A stretch of 64,000 nt of DNA, from assembly GCF_009914755.1 (NCBI RefSeq), contig NC_060927.1. The stretch is one strand, 5' to 3'. A program made the position numbers and the translations under genes. Position 1 is the first letter of the stretch. Each line of letters opens with the position of its first letter. This document shows positions 25,301 to 38,758 of this stretch, one piece after another. Under the pieces are notes generated by a model. It did not search any database and was not told the origin of the DNA. It saw nothing but the letters and a program-made list of their open reading frames with translations. Source of the stretch: the human T2T-CHM13v2.0 reference genome, Homo sapiens.

Positions 25301-26797
25301 TAATTTAGCATATAACTCAAGTTTGAAGAACTTCCACTACTATAGAAAAACTATTTTTATTCCTGCCTAATTATTTATGTAAATAAGATTTTCTGGTGCT
25401 TGCATTTATAACAATGAAAACTAGAAAATGAATTGATTTTCAGTGCATAAAAATAAGTTATATCTATCTTAAATGGGAAAAAAGCCTAGCTCATCTCAGT
25501 ATGACATCAATTTCTAATAAAAATTTTATTTTAATTAAAATAGTTTAAAAATATATATATTTAATTAGGTTTCATGAGTTATTTACTAAAAATAATTATA
25601 ATAAGAAAATTTAGGAAGACAATTTGCAGGCTTAAAGCATCAAAATTTAAATAAATAAACTATTAAGTTCAATTTCAATATTTGATTACTGCAATATATG
25701 ATAGATTCATCAATATGAGATGTTCAAACATAAAAAATATAAATCCTTAGCATAATATTTTAAATGGCGAGTTAATTGGAAATATGAACCCAAGGGACAG
25801 AAAGCAAACAACATAAAAGTTCTGACTATTAAAGAAGAACTTGATCGTTTATTTTTACATGGATGACATTGAGTTACAAAGCCTTGGAGTATTTAGATTC
25901 CATTGGGTGCATTTAGGAATAGTGTAACTGTTTTATTTTAAAATGTCAATTTTAGAATATGTTAGAAATGGCATAATTTTCAATTGTTTACACTCGAGGA
26001 AACATTTTACATACCACCTTGAAATATATAAGTCAGTATGTATGAGCTTTAAAAATTATTTTAGAGTGTATATGAGTAATAAAAGTTAGAAATTTACAGA
26101 TCTAGGCTCATCACTTTATATTACCAGTGAAGAGAGGAAGACCCAGAGCAATTAAGTAAACTCACCAAGGTCATTCCAGCTCTTTGTAGCAGATCCCAAC
26201 TAGAAGGAAGGGACTATGGAGAATAGAAAGGTTTCAAGAAGTGGGTAATACTTGAGGTAAAATTTTTCTGGGTGAAAATGGCCTCTAGATAGGAGGAGTT
26301 TTTGCCTAGGTGTATCATCTCCATCACCACCAAACCATAGAAAATTTCACGTTGCCTAAATTATGAATTTTTGTTGGAATGTATTGGAATGCAAGAGTGC
26401 AAAGTTATGTTGGAAGTACATGGTTCAGGCCAAAGATTTTAAATGCTCTTCAGACATTGTATGTGGAGTGAGCTGTGGAATGTTTTTAAGTAGAGTGAAG
26501 GAGAAAAGTAGTATGAAGCTACTATAAAACTTATGGATGAACACTATGGTAACATGGTTTTGATCATCTATCCAAATTCTTCTTTCTATAGTATTATGAT
26601 TATACTAAATAAAAACAATATTTTTAGATGTTGTTGTTTAGTTGTTTGTGTTTCGGGCAGTATCAGGGAAAGAATTTTGATCAAGGTGCTATTTTTATAA
26701 AATCAATCAGTTATTACTTTACTTCGCTTTATCTTCCTTCAGATTTTATAGTACATCTAGATCCACTGGTATGGTTCCACTTCCCAATATACATATT

Positions 26798-26814
26798 TCT
26801 CTCTCTCTCTCTCC

Positions 26815-26865
<51 letters not shown>
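26798..26865. repeat. Compound (CT)n(CA)n microsatellite
   Basis: Directly visible. Confidence 0.95.
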
Positions 26866-26867
<2 letters not shown>

Positions 26868-27568
26868 TTGCTTTTATCTGCTCCCCAGAAGAGCTTTATT
26901 TCAGACTATGGGCTTTGTTTTGATGTACAGGCATGGTCGTGCCCATCATTGGCTTTCTCCATGGCTAAGTATCTATGAATCTGTAATATTTTTTAATAAT
27001 ATTATGTTTATTCTGAATAAAAGCAATATATTAATCACACACAAAACTCATTTGTTATACATTACCCATCAAATTTTAAAATAATTGAATTTATGTAATG
27101 GGGGAATAGACAGTAATTAATTCTTTTAATAATTTGCAATGAAATGAATAGGATAAGTTTATTGACACAATTAATTTTCTGTCATTTAATTGGAGAAACT
27201 ATTTACCTGCCATTTCTCTTAATATATGACATTAGTAAGTTATTTATTATACAAAACATTAATGACCCTATTAGACCAAACTCAATTAATGATCACATTT
27301 TAGGCATGTTGTTATATTATCTAGTGCTTTCTATATTGTTTGAATACACATCTAAATATGTATGTATCTAAATATGTATGTACCTAAATGAAAACAACCT
27401 AGATTTTAGGTAAAACCACTATTTTCTATTAAATACCTAATTTAGAGAGAAAGCAATTTGTTTGCTATTTGCCTTTTTCCTTCTTGCTTCCTTCCCTCAT
27501 CTAGCTCCTAATTGTGTTGTCACTGCTCTTGTGTGTGTATGTTTGTTTGCGTTTTGGACAATATAGAA

Positions 27569-28175
27569 TAGTGCTTTTCAAACATCATGCAGATGGATAA
27601 CCTGGTGATCCCGTTAGAAGTGCAGTCCTTAGGTTTGGGGCAGGGCCTGAGATTCTGCCTTTCTAACAAGCTCTCAGGTGATATGAACTTTAGAAGGGAA
27701 AAAATAATATCCTTTCCCCACCCATTATAAAGTTTATGGCTGACATGCTGTAGCAAAAACAGATTAACAAGAGGAAATAATACATCTATTTAAACAAAGT
27801 TTTATGTGACATGGGAGTCTTCAGAAATGATGACCCAAAGATCCAGGGAAAAGTGTATATTTGTATGCTTCAGTTTGATGAAGAATGGACAGTCATGTAG
27901 AAATGGGATTAGAAAGGTTATGATCTAATAATAATGGTTTACTTAACAAGGCTGTTAATGGACAGTTCTTTTTCGTCTTCCTTCTTTCCTCCAAGTGCAG
28001 GGCAGGACACCTGTCACACGAAGATCTGAAGGGCAGAAGGGAGGAGAGATTCTTTATGTAACTCACAGGAGAAAGACAGGAGAAGGTCAGAAGGTGCCCT
28101 TTCTGCTTGTGCCAAGATGTTATATTTTGGGGTGTCGTGTTCTGAGCCCCAATGGGACCACAGTTTAGTAAGGCT
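27569..28175. mobile_element. MER5A-like hAT element (27569-~27688 and ~28153-28175) interrupted by a minus-strand ERV1 solo LTR (MER34/MER39-like, ~27690-28152)
   Basis: MER5A motif gggcctgagattctgcctttctaacaagctctcaggtgat resumes as gggaccacagttt. The insert ends atattttggggtgtcgtgttctgagcccca, typical of MER4-group LTR 5' ends read antisense. Confidence 0.7.
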
Positions 28176-30664
28176 TGAGAGACTAAAATAACACATATTT
28201 CCATTTGCTTATAAAAAATTCCTTAAGGAATTTTAATTCACATGTATATATTTAAAGAATGAAGAGCAAAAAAATTGGTGGTTGGGCAAGGAAGACTCAT
28301 TTCTGGCCAGGCTGATAGATTAGAGGAAGCTTTATTGCTGGGAGGATCTGGAGGCCAGGCTGGCGGAGGCGGGAGCAGCAGGTCTTAAGGTGTGTCTTGT
28401 CAGGTGGAACAAACTGGGTGGGAAAGGACAGACTGGTGAAAGGCCTTGACAAACCAATTATGTTGGAAACAGAAAGGTGTCAGAGTCTTCAAATAATTTT
28501 TAGGAGAATAGCATGCTTGCTATACATAGGTTCCATGTAAAACAATATAACCATACCTTCTTTTGGAGATATCTTTCTATTTTAGGTTAATGGGGAAATT
28601 TAAATACTAGTGGGGCAAGGTGAAGTTTGTAACAATTCAATTTAGGCAAAAATGCCACTTCTTAATTTTATGCCAGATTAAATAATGAAAGGCAATTAAT
28701 TTTACAATGTGTTATACAAAATGGCCTCTCAAACTTGGTAATATTCAAATAGCCAAGAAGAAATTGAAGTGCTCTATAATTAATCCTAAACTTTGTATTC
28801 CTATACTCTAAGCTAGAAGAGACTTAGCTATTTGCCTATCATTCATTGAGGTCATTTCTTGTACCAAAATTAGAAAGATAACAGGCAATGAACTTTCAAT
28901 TTTATTGAACCGTAGCTGTTAGCTCTCTTTTCTCCCTGTACCTGAATTCATGAATAAGCAGTTTCCTTTTCATGGTGTCAGAAAATGAACTCCTACTTTA
29001 TATCCAAAAATAGTCAAGTTGAGGCTTTACTAAAATATGGTAATTTTATTTCAGTATGCAAGACCACAGAGATCTCATGTCTAAATACTTACGTTACAAG
29101 GTACAGAGACATCTCAGATAACAAAAAGGTTAGAATTTAGGAGAATAGCTTTTTGTCCAGAGTATTTGAAATATATATATATACACGCACATATATATTT
29201 TAGCCTATGTCTGAAGATGAATTATTTAGAAAATCAAAGAAATATTAAAAAGAAAAAGTGGAAAGCCTTGTTCATGGGTAACTATTTTTTAGTGTGGAAT
29301 AGATGCAATAATAATGCCATGAACTGCAATGCTTCCCCCAAGACCTACATTGTCCCCCCACTTTTCTGCCTTTGGCATTGAACTAGTGTGCGTAAATGAG
29401 GTTGCTCTTTTTGTCCAGTTGTTAAGGCATGAGCAGCGGGGCTTGCCTTTGGTACTGAGGCTATTCATCAAAGCTTTTAAAAATGTTTTCATTGTTATTG
29501 TTGTTGACATGACTTTTTGCTTCTACCTCCCCTGCTGAGCCAGACCCTAAGAACTTTGCACCGGCTGTTGTTTTTTCTCATGTACTGAATTGCTGTTGGT
29601 TTGAAGACTGCAAGGGGAGAGTGAAAATTATATCGGTTCCTCAATTGGTGTTGGCTATAGGTCTTGCACAATTTCTAACCAAAGGCTGGAGTATAGTACT
29701 AGCCCTCTTTAAGGGAAACGGTGGAAGGCATAACTGAGATAAATGGATGCATTTTGGAGTTTGTCAGCTGGAGTGTATGTTTTACACATATATTCTTATG
29801 GAAAAGCTCTGTGGTATGTGATACTTTTGTAGGTCTATATAATGATGATTTGCTATTTTCCAAGCATCTGTATCAGGTGCTTATAAACCAAATTACTAGT
29901 GTCATAGTTAAGTGACTGAGATTTTTCTATTCTCTTATCCTTTGTGAAGGCAGGAAGTATGACCATTTTGGGCTTGCAGTTAAAGTGGGTTTAGTGTGAA
30001 AGTAGAATGATTGAAGAAAAACAGCACAAATCTGAGTGGTAAGTCTTCATAGTTACACCTTTTAGAGTTTCACTTCTTGTAAACAAAAGGCAAATAACAT
30101 AGAGTAGGAATTTAACAAATTATGCCATGAAAGAGAAAAATGCCACTTTGAAGTGATTGTAAATAAAAGATCAATTTAATTATACAGAGCAGTAAGGATG
30201 AAATATATAAACAAGAATATAAAATAGAATAGAAATTGCATTATTGAAGTAATTCTACAAAATCATAATATCAACAGAAAGGAGAACTTACTGTTTACTG
30301 GAACCAAACATTCTGGTGTTACTCATTTTCCATGTGACAGCTGTTTTCATGTATTTTAATCAATAAAATCTCATAAAGCTCTGCAAAACTGTTTGGAAAA
30401 CTAATTATTTGAACTACACAGTCATGTACCACAATTAATCTATGTGAATGTTTTTTATTTATATTTCACTGTTTATTTTGGCCAATTTTGTAACTGGGTA
30501 ATTTTGATGGGTTAAAATTTGAAATCCACATGGACCAATCAAATGTGCTGGTGTCTTCCTTAGTAATGGGGAATATCAATTACATCTAGAGGTGAATTTC
30601 AGTAGTGTACTTGAGTTAGGAGATTATGAGGCTTTCCATCATGCTACAGTGTTTGGAGGGGATT

Positions 30665-31090
30665 TATTTCTTCCTTTCTTCCTTTCCTCCTTTCCTCCTT
30701 TCCTTCCTTCTTTCCCCCTTCCCTTCCCTTTTCTTTCCTTCCTTCCTTCTTTCCTTCCCTTCCCTCCCTTCCTTCCTCCCTCTCTCCCTCCCTCCCTCCT
30801 TCCTTCCTTCCCTCCTCCTTTCTTTCCTTCCTTTCCTTTCCTTTCTTTCCTTCCTTCCTTCCTCCCTTCTTTCCTTCTCTTCCTTCCTGCCTTCCTCCCT
30901 TCTTTCCTTCTCTTCCTTCCTGCCTTCCTTCCCTCCCTTCCTTCCTCCCTCTCTCCCTCCCTCTTTCCCTTCCTCCTTCCTTCCTTCCCTCCTCCTTTCT
31001 TTTTTCTCTTTTCTTTTCTTTTCCCTCCCCTTCCCTCCCTCCCTCCCTCCCTCTCTCCCTCTTTCTTTCTTTCTTTATTTCTCTTTTTTG
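30665..31090 (+). repeat. About 430-bp (CCTT)n/(CTTT)n pyrimidine repeat
   Basis: Directly visible; it is the source of three spurious long ORFs. Confidence 0.95.
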
Positions 31091-31094
31091 TCTC

Positions 31095-31230
31095 AATATT
31101 TGTAGTTTTAGTAGAGATGGGGTTTCTCCATGTTGGCCAGTCTGGTCTCGAACTCCTGACCTCAGGTGATCCACCCACCTCGACGTCCCAAAGTGCTGGG
31201 ATTACAGGTGTGAGCCACCCTGCCCAGCCT
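31095..31230 (-). mobile_element. Alu left monomer only (AluS-like)
   Basis: tttagtagagatggggtttctccatgttggccag...gagccaccctgcccagcc; no right monomer is present. Confidence 0.9.
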
Positions 31231-32389
31231 GGATTTTCTTGACAATAAATGTAATCCTGACACTCACTGATAGATTTGTAGATTTTAAAAATTTTCATTA
31301 AAAGTGCATTCTTTTCTTTAATACTGTTTCGACATTCAAATAGATGAAACAAAATGATTTCTAATAACAATCTAGAGATGTGAGCCTAAGATCAGATATA
31401 TTTTACATAAATATATCAACCCATGTGCCAATTCTTTACTTTCTTAGTATAGCATCGTAATAAATCTTGATATCTGAAACAGAAAAACTCTCATTCCTGA
31501 CTTTAATATTATAGATAATTCTTGCCTTTCATTTCTTCATATGCATGTAAGAGTGATGTTATTAAATGCCATGAAAATCTGTATTGAGATTTTTCTTAGA
31601 ATTCTACAATGTGTAGATAAATTTAGAAAAAAAAGAGTATATTTTCAATATACCATAATTTTTCATGAACATGGTGTATCTATAAACCTATTAAAACTAC
31701 CCTATTTTTTCATATGTTTTATCATTTCTCTTTTAGGAAACTTGCTGAATTCTTAACACCACAATTTTTATTTATATTAAAATAAAAAATCAGTTTACAT
31801 ATTTTATACATTTTAAGAAAGTAAAAAAAGTTACAAACTGAGAGAAATTATTCTCACACATATAATTGAAAATATATAAAGAATTTCTATGTATTAATAA
31901 ATAAATAATAAAAAGTGGAGTAAAAGTTATAAAGTAGAATTCCCCCCACAAAGCAAACATATATATTCAATAAACATGGGAAGAAATGTTCCATATCATT
32001 AGTGGTCAGTGACATACCAGTCAAGTCAAGAAAGCAATGAATTACAATTTTAAACTGTTTCATTGTGAATATATACATTTGTTTATTTTAGATATTTCAA
32101 GGATTGAAGAAGATGTGATTTTTACATCTTCCATCTAAATTTAATATAAATTGTAGGAATATAAATGTTTTAACTACTTTAGGAATCTGTTTGACATTAT
32201 CATCTTGAGTAAACTAAGCCTTTCTTCTCCTAAATATATACCCCCCAAAAAACCCTTGCATATGTTTAGCAAGGTATATTTTCATAAAGCACTATTAAAA
32301 CTATATAAGATCTCAAAATAATACAAATATTATTAAAAAGAGAGTAAATGAATAAAAGGTGGTATGTTAATACAATGAATTACTACACT

Positions 32390-32525
32390 ACAATCAAGAT
32401 TAATAACAAATGACATTAAAACTGTGTACGAAATTTAGCAATATAGTATTAAGTAAAACAATCAAGATTAATAACAAATGACATTAAAACTGTGTACGAA
32501 ATTTAGCAATATAGTATTAAGTAAA
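32390..32525 (+). repeat. Perfect 2 x 68-bp tandem duplication
   Basis: acaatcaagattaataac...atagtattaagtaaa occurs at 32390-32457 and 32458-32525 with no mismatch. Confidence 0.97.
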
Positions 32526-32538
32526 GAGTAAGTCCTTA

Positions 32539-32747
32539 TGAGAACACATGGACACAGGAAGGGGAACATCACACTCTGGGGACTGTTGTGGGGTGGGGGG
32601 AGGGGGGGAGGGATAGCATTGGGAGATATACCTAATGCTAGAGGACGAGTTAGTGGGTGCAGCGCACCAGCATGGCACATGTATACATATGTAACTAACC
32701 TGCGCATTGTGCACATGTACCCTAAAACTTAAAGTATAATTGAAAAA
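32539..32747 (+). mobile_element. Young, heavily 5'-truncated L1 (L1PA2-like 3'UTR)
   Basis: gacGAGttagtgggtgcagcgcaccagcatgg carries GAG rather than the ACA of L1HS-Ta. TSD aaagagtaagtcctta at 32523-32538 and 32748-32763. Confidence 0.92.
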
Positions 32748-33088
32748 AAAGAGTAAGTCCTTAAATTCACATCTATAATAGTAATTTTTTTAAATAAAAT
32801 TAAAGAAAGCTACATTTTTTTATATCTAAAAGCAAAATTACCATGTAAACGTGACTTAGAATATCAATAGCCCAGTGTGTAGGGAGACAGGGATGAAGTG
32901 AGGAAGACAATATGATTAGATGCATGTAGTTGTTATCAAGTGTACATTCTGCATGATAGATTTACAGATACTTATTGCAGTACTGAATGAATGTAATTAT
33001 GAATCAATGAATCAATGTATGGATCGAATGAATAAATGAATGCATGGATTGATAATTGAACAAATATGTAAACAAATACATAAATATA

Positions 33089-33405
33089 AGCCAGACATGG
33101 TGACTCATGCCTGTAATCCCAGCACTTTGGGAGGCCAAGGCGGTTGGATCACTTGAGGCCACGAGTTCAAGACCAGCCTGGCCAACAGGCCAACAGGGCA
33201 AAACCCTGTCTCTACTAAAAATACACAAAAATCAACCTGGTGTGATGGTGCGTGCCTGTAATCCCAGGTGCTCAGGAGGCTGAGGCATGAGAATCGCTCG
33301 AACCAAGAGGCAGAGGCTGCAATGAGCCGAGATGGTGCCACTGCACCTCAGCCTGGGTGACAAAGCGAGATTCTGACTCAAAACAAAACAAAACATAAAT
33401 ATATA
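33089..33405 (+). mobile_element. Alu (old S/J) with internal 8-bp duplication ggccaaca
   Basis: Full dimer with TSD-like acataaatata on both sides. Confidence 0.92.
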
Positions 33406-33692
33406 AATAACGGCCATACATGAGCCAATTTCACAAACCAAGGATTATGATTAATGTAGTTCTGTGAATTTAGTTTCAATAGAAATAGAGATATCCATAA
33501 TTGTCACAAAATGTTACTTTTTGTTGACTTTTCATTTTTTCCTAAGAGTTTCTGCCCTATGATTTCAACTGACTTGTATAAAAAGTTAGTTGGTGGTGGA
33601 TGTGTACTGTTGATATCCAAGAATAACTTTTATCTGTTTTGTTAAGTCGTGGCCAATTTTTCAGTTTGTAATGTTATGTTAGATGAGGAATG

Positions 33693-34005
33693 GGCTGGGT
33701 GCCATGGCTCACACCTATAATTCCAGCTCTTTTGGAGGCCAAGGCAGGAGGATTGCTTGAAGCCAGGAATTCAAGGGCAGCCTGGGCAACAAAGCAAGAT
33801 CCTTTCTCTACAAAAAATAAAACAAAATTTAAAAAAAATTAGCTGGGCATGGTGGTAAATTCCTGTAGCCCTAGCTACTTGCAAGACTGAGGTGGGAGGA
33901 TTGCTAGAGCTCAGAAGTTTCAGGATGAAGTTAGCTATGATTGCACCACTGCACTCCAGCCTGGGCTACAGAGTGAGACCATGTCTCAGGAAAAAAAAAA
34001 AAAAA
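33693..34005 (+). mobile_element. AluJ
   Basis: Dimer with J-type ggaggattgcttga in the left arm and ggaggattgctaga in the right arm. Confidence 0.9.
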
Positions 34006-37000
34006 GAGGATATGACTTTTACACTTAAAACCCTACATGAAGAGAAAAGATCAATTGGCTCTCAGTATATTAATGTCGAATTCCAAGGCAGAATTTTTCT
34101 TGCTGGGACATTTTAGAGAACAGCAATGATAACATGCAGGACAATCTTTAAATAACGGGTATTCACTATTCACCAGTATGTTGATTATTTTCTCAAACAT
34201 TAAGAAAAGTATATTTTTAAGGGGAGGTAATTACGCAGTATGGGGTAGCCAGATGGATATGTGAAAATAATTTCTATTCACTTTGGTAGTTGGTTCAACA
34301 TGCTCTGCCAAAAACCAACACAAAAATATTATATAATCATCTCATCAAGTAACAATAGAGAATTTGGAGACTTAAAAAATTTTATTTTGCTAGTAGCTTG
34401 AAATCTCATAGAGGTATGTGAGCCCAATTTTGAATCTGATAATTGAATTTTTTTCTAAAGATTTCAATATTGTATTTTATGCCTCTGCTGTTAGAACCAC
34501 AGTTAAGTCAGTTCCAGCATGAAGAAACTATTCTTCTTTAACCACAGTTCTAAACTCAATTCTTGAGTTTAACATCTCTTACTTTAGGAAAGTATTTCAT
34601 TTTACTGTTTTTAAAATGTGGATAATTGTCATTTATGACGATTTACCTGTAACCAATGTAGGTTTCGGGAAACACTGTTGCCCAGGAAAATATGTTAAAT
34701 AGTGGCCTAAAATATGGAATTGATCTTATTTTCTTTAGAGTGTTGTTAACCTTAACAAATCACTTACTTCATTTCCATAACTTTAAATGCCAAATACTTG
34801 TAAAACAATAGCAAATATTTAAAATTAAACTACTCATAGTGTTTATAATAAACTATACTGTGGACTTGATTATATTTTAGGGGGAAAGAAAGCTTTCTAA
34901 GAGTTATTTGGTATCCATGAATCTACCCTTTATTAATCTCAGAAACAGAAACCTATTGTATTCTGTCTCAAACAGCTAGGTTTATATTAGGTTAAAAAAG
35001 TCATACTCAGCATGGTATAAATACATCTTAAATTTGGCCACATTCCCATGCTCAAGAATATGACGTAAGAAGTCACACAGTATGCGAGAGTGATTAAACA
35101 TCTTTAATCTTTGGTCCTTCTAGGCTTTGTAGCTCAAAGTCAAAAAGAAAGCCCATATGATCTATCTCTAACTGTATACACTGCACTATGGAATATCAAA
35201 AGCAGTCAGTCCTCACTCAAAGAAGATTGCACTGCTCAAAGTAAATGCTGTCTTACCATGAGTTTTATTGCTGAAAGCAATTCATGTAAATAAAATGAGG
35301 ATAAAGCAACACAGGAATATTTCACCAGTGATTTCATTTCTTTCCACATTTCAAAATAACAGTTGTATAATTTGGATAATTCCTCTAATTCCTACTGATT
35401 TAAGGAAATAGCCCAGCCAAGCCAACAGAATAATAATGACAATAATAATAATAATAATAAATCTTACATCTTAGGGATATTATATCTTGCTGCTGGTGCT
35501 GTAAATTTTAAAACCAAAGCCACTATTTGTGCAGTATATATTTTAACATGACAATAAAATATTAAGTTTTGAATGAAGTAAATGGGAATTCATAGTAGCA
35601 TTTTAAAAAATCAACTAGGCTTTCTGAACTTGTAACTCAGGATTACAGATATAAACACATCACAGACATTTATCACCACTATTCTTCTCTTTTATGACCT
35701 TTTGAAAAGAACATAATTTCTCAAAAAAATATTTTTCAGTAATCTCTGCACAAGATAATTTGCCCTTTTTCTAATCTTCAAAGTGACAGATTGCATAGGT
35801 TGAGCCTTTCTGACTTACATCACAGAGAGTTTCATGTTTCAGTATGCTTTCCTGTCTCACTGGCTGACTTGATTGATAATAGTTGAGGTAGTGCAAAATT
35901 AAAAATTAATTAATTTGAGTGAATTGGTAATAAAGAGGACTGAGCAGTTGTATTGAGATGCTAATAGGTCTATTCCAGACCTATTCTAGCCATCTGATCC
36001 TCTGGAATAGCCAACAGCTGTGGTAGGCAAAACTGACAACTGAGCACATTCAAGGGTAAGGGTCAAGAGTTTGTCATCTAACCCCAGTGGGGCCAAAGCA
36101 GGGGCTGTTCTTCCCAAGACTCTAGTTCTGGGACAAAAGCAGGTCGCATGGTTGAAATAATACATTTGTATGGCATTACTAGAAAATATTTTTATAAAAT
36201 AATAATATAGTCTCAGATGATGATTTTCTGTTTTGTTTTTTGTGTTTGCTTGTGAATTAGAACTTTCTGAGCAAATTTCTGTAAGTCCTCCAGTAACTAT
36301 AATGCCTGCTTCATTCACTATTTTATCGGGAAAAAGCATAATTAATGCAATTAAGACTAGTAGAAAAATACTTGACTGGTATTTTGCTATACATATAGTG
36401 TTATGCACATATTTATACCAGCCTAAAATGCAATACATTTGTATTATTTTAAAGGATGAAAGGCAGTTAATTAAGAAAATTACATTTCATGACACATATA
36501 ATAAAGAATATTCTTTATTTTATGATAGTCAAATATTTCAACTATCCAGTAAACCAGTAAAGTAGGATGTTTTTATATCTATCACAAAACTAATATATAG
36601 TGTGTATATTTTTTATAATTATGCAGATAGTACCCATTCATTTATGAGATTTTTAATAAAAATTCAGAATATTTTTAGAAAATAAAAACCATTCGCATTC
36701 TAGTTAAAATTATGATTTTTTTGTCTATCTAACTAAACTATAGAAAAATAATATTAAAGCAGAAGAAATTATGGACAATTTGTTACCAATAAAAATAACA
36801 GAAAGCACAACTGATTTAGGTTATGAAGATGGATAAGCTGATTTGAGACAATTGAGTTCAATAATTATTATAGAGTAAACTCTGAGAAACAAAATTTTAA
36901 ATTGAAATGTTAAATTCAGAGATGAATAAAATAACACAGTACATCTTGAAAATTAAGGACATGGATTAAAATAATCAAATGAAATGTTTAATTTTTACTT

Positions 37001-37554
37001 TATAAACGTATAATTTATCTTTAAAAAAAATTTTTTTTTTCATTTACCTGAAGAACACATTATATACCTTGTAGCTTCCTAGAGATAGTGTCACCAGCCT
37101 GTTAATTTGAAGCAGTCAAATATCTAATATAAACATTAAAAAAACACCAGTCATTGCATAATAATATACTTTTTAATGTCTCTCCTATTTGATTTCTTTT
37201 TGTTTTTCCTTAGGAAGAATAAGAAAAAGATGATTAGCTATTTTACTCGAAACCCAATTACCTCCACGTGTCTGGTGGGAATTTTCACACCACACACCAA
37301 TCAGTAAATCAGCCAATCAGTGTTGACCTACTGTAGCTAAATATTAGGTATTTGAAAACTGATTGGCATTTGCCACTGACTGAATGCATTCAGCTAAAAT
37401 TTACTATAGTGGTGGTGATGATTTTCTTATATTTTAGCAATCTTGAAATAACTATTTCTATTACATCTACTAACAACGCCAATAATGATAACATTTCTAC
37501 TATTGTGTATATTAAGACTATTATACCTGCTTATTAATTCCACTACCATTACTA

Positions 37555-37685
37555 ATACATAGCATTTATTGGGCTCTTTGTGACAGGCATTGTTCATTTG
37601 TATAGTAGTGTATTTAATCCTCATAACAACTCTCATTGACAAATACCATTATTTTCTCCATTTTAAAAATGAGAAAATCTAGATG
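37555..37685 (-). mobile_element. MIR
   Basis: gcatttattgggctct...tatttaatcctcataacaac...ccattttaaaaatgagaaaa. Confidence 0.7.
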
Positions 37686-38291
37686 GTTTATCAGTCAGTT
37701 TCTTTTATCACCCCCCTGCATGATTTTAAGAGAATGCAACGTACATTCTTTGTTTCTCATCTGAATAGTCTATTATTTCTTGGAACACAACTAAATTAAA
37801 ATACAGTATATTTCAGGTTTTTGAAACAGAAGATTAAAAGAAAACATATTTTAAGAAATAAACTAATTGTTTTTTCCAATGATAGTTTAACTTTATCCCC
37901 CTCTCAGCCCCGAGATTAAGGGATCATCAAGCAGATTTATAAAACCTCAAGCCTTAAGCTTATATTGATAGGAAGGTAAATAAAATTATACTTCTCTGCA
38001 TCAGAAAACAAGATTAAATTGTCCTTTAGTGCAATAAAATGCTGATCTCAAACCTAGGTTGATTCTTTTAAGGTGCTTTCTAATCAATGAGGATATGAAA
38101 GGAAATACACGGTTGGCAGAGTTGGGAATCCAACTCAAAATCTAAAGAAGACGATCTTTGTCTAATTGCTACAAATGATTGTAATATGAGCTGCTGAGTT
38201 TTAAAGTGATTCAAGTCAAGAACTGTAATTCTACAGAGACAATCATTCCCACTGCAGGTTAAAATCCATAGACCATTTCCATTAAAAATAA

Positions 38292-38745
<454 letters not shown>

Positions 38746-38758
38746 TAGTATTTTCTTT

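Larger units (their letters stand above)
31400..33000. mobile_element. Old L1M(E)-type element: minus-strand ORF2 piece (~31400-31740) joined to plus-strand ORF2 end/3'UTR (~31800-33000)
   Basis: Degenerate L1 motifs: antisense catgaacatggtgtatct, and sense aataaacatgggaagaaatgttccatatcattagt and atacaatgaattactacac. Confidence 0.6.

Noticed and set aside
30592-31370. 159-243 aa ORFs on both strands
   Set aside because: They come from the CCTT repeat plus the Alu monomer; low complexity with no splice or domain evidence.
32390-32525. Direct repeats considered as a CRISPR-like or programmed array
   Set aside because: There are only two adjacent copies with no spacers, in a human intron; no repeat-spacer array was seen anywhere in the window.
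35986-36565. 150-aa and 110-aa overlapping ORFs in unique DNA
   Set aside because: No recognisable homology or exon boundaries; compatible with chance.
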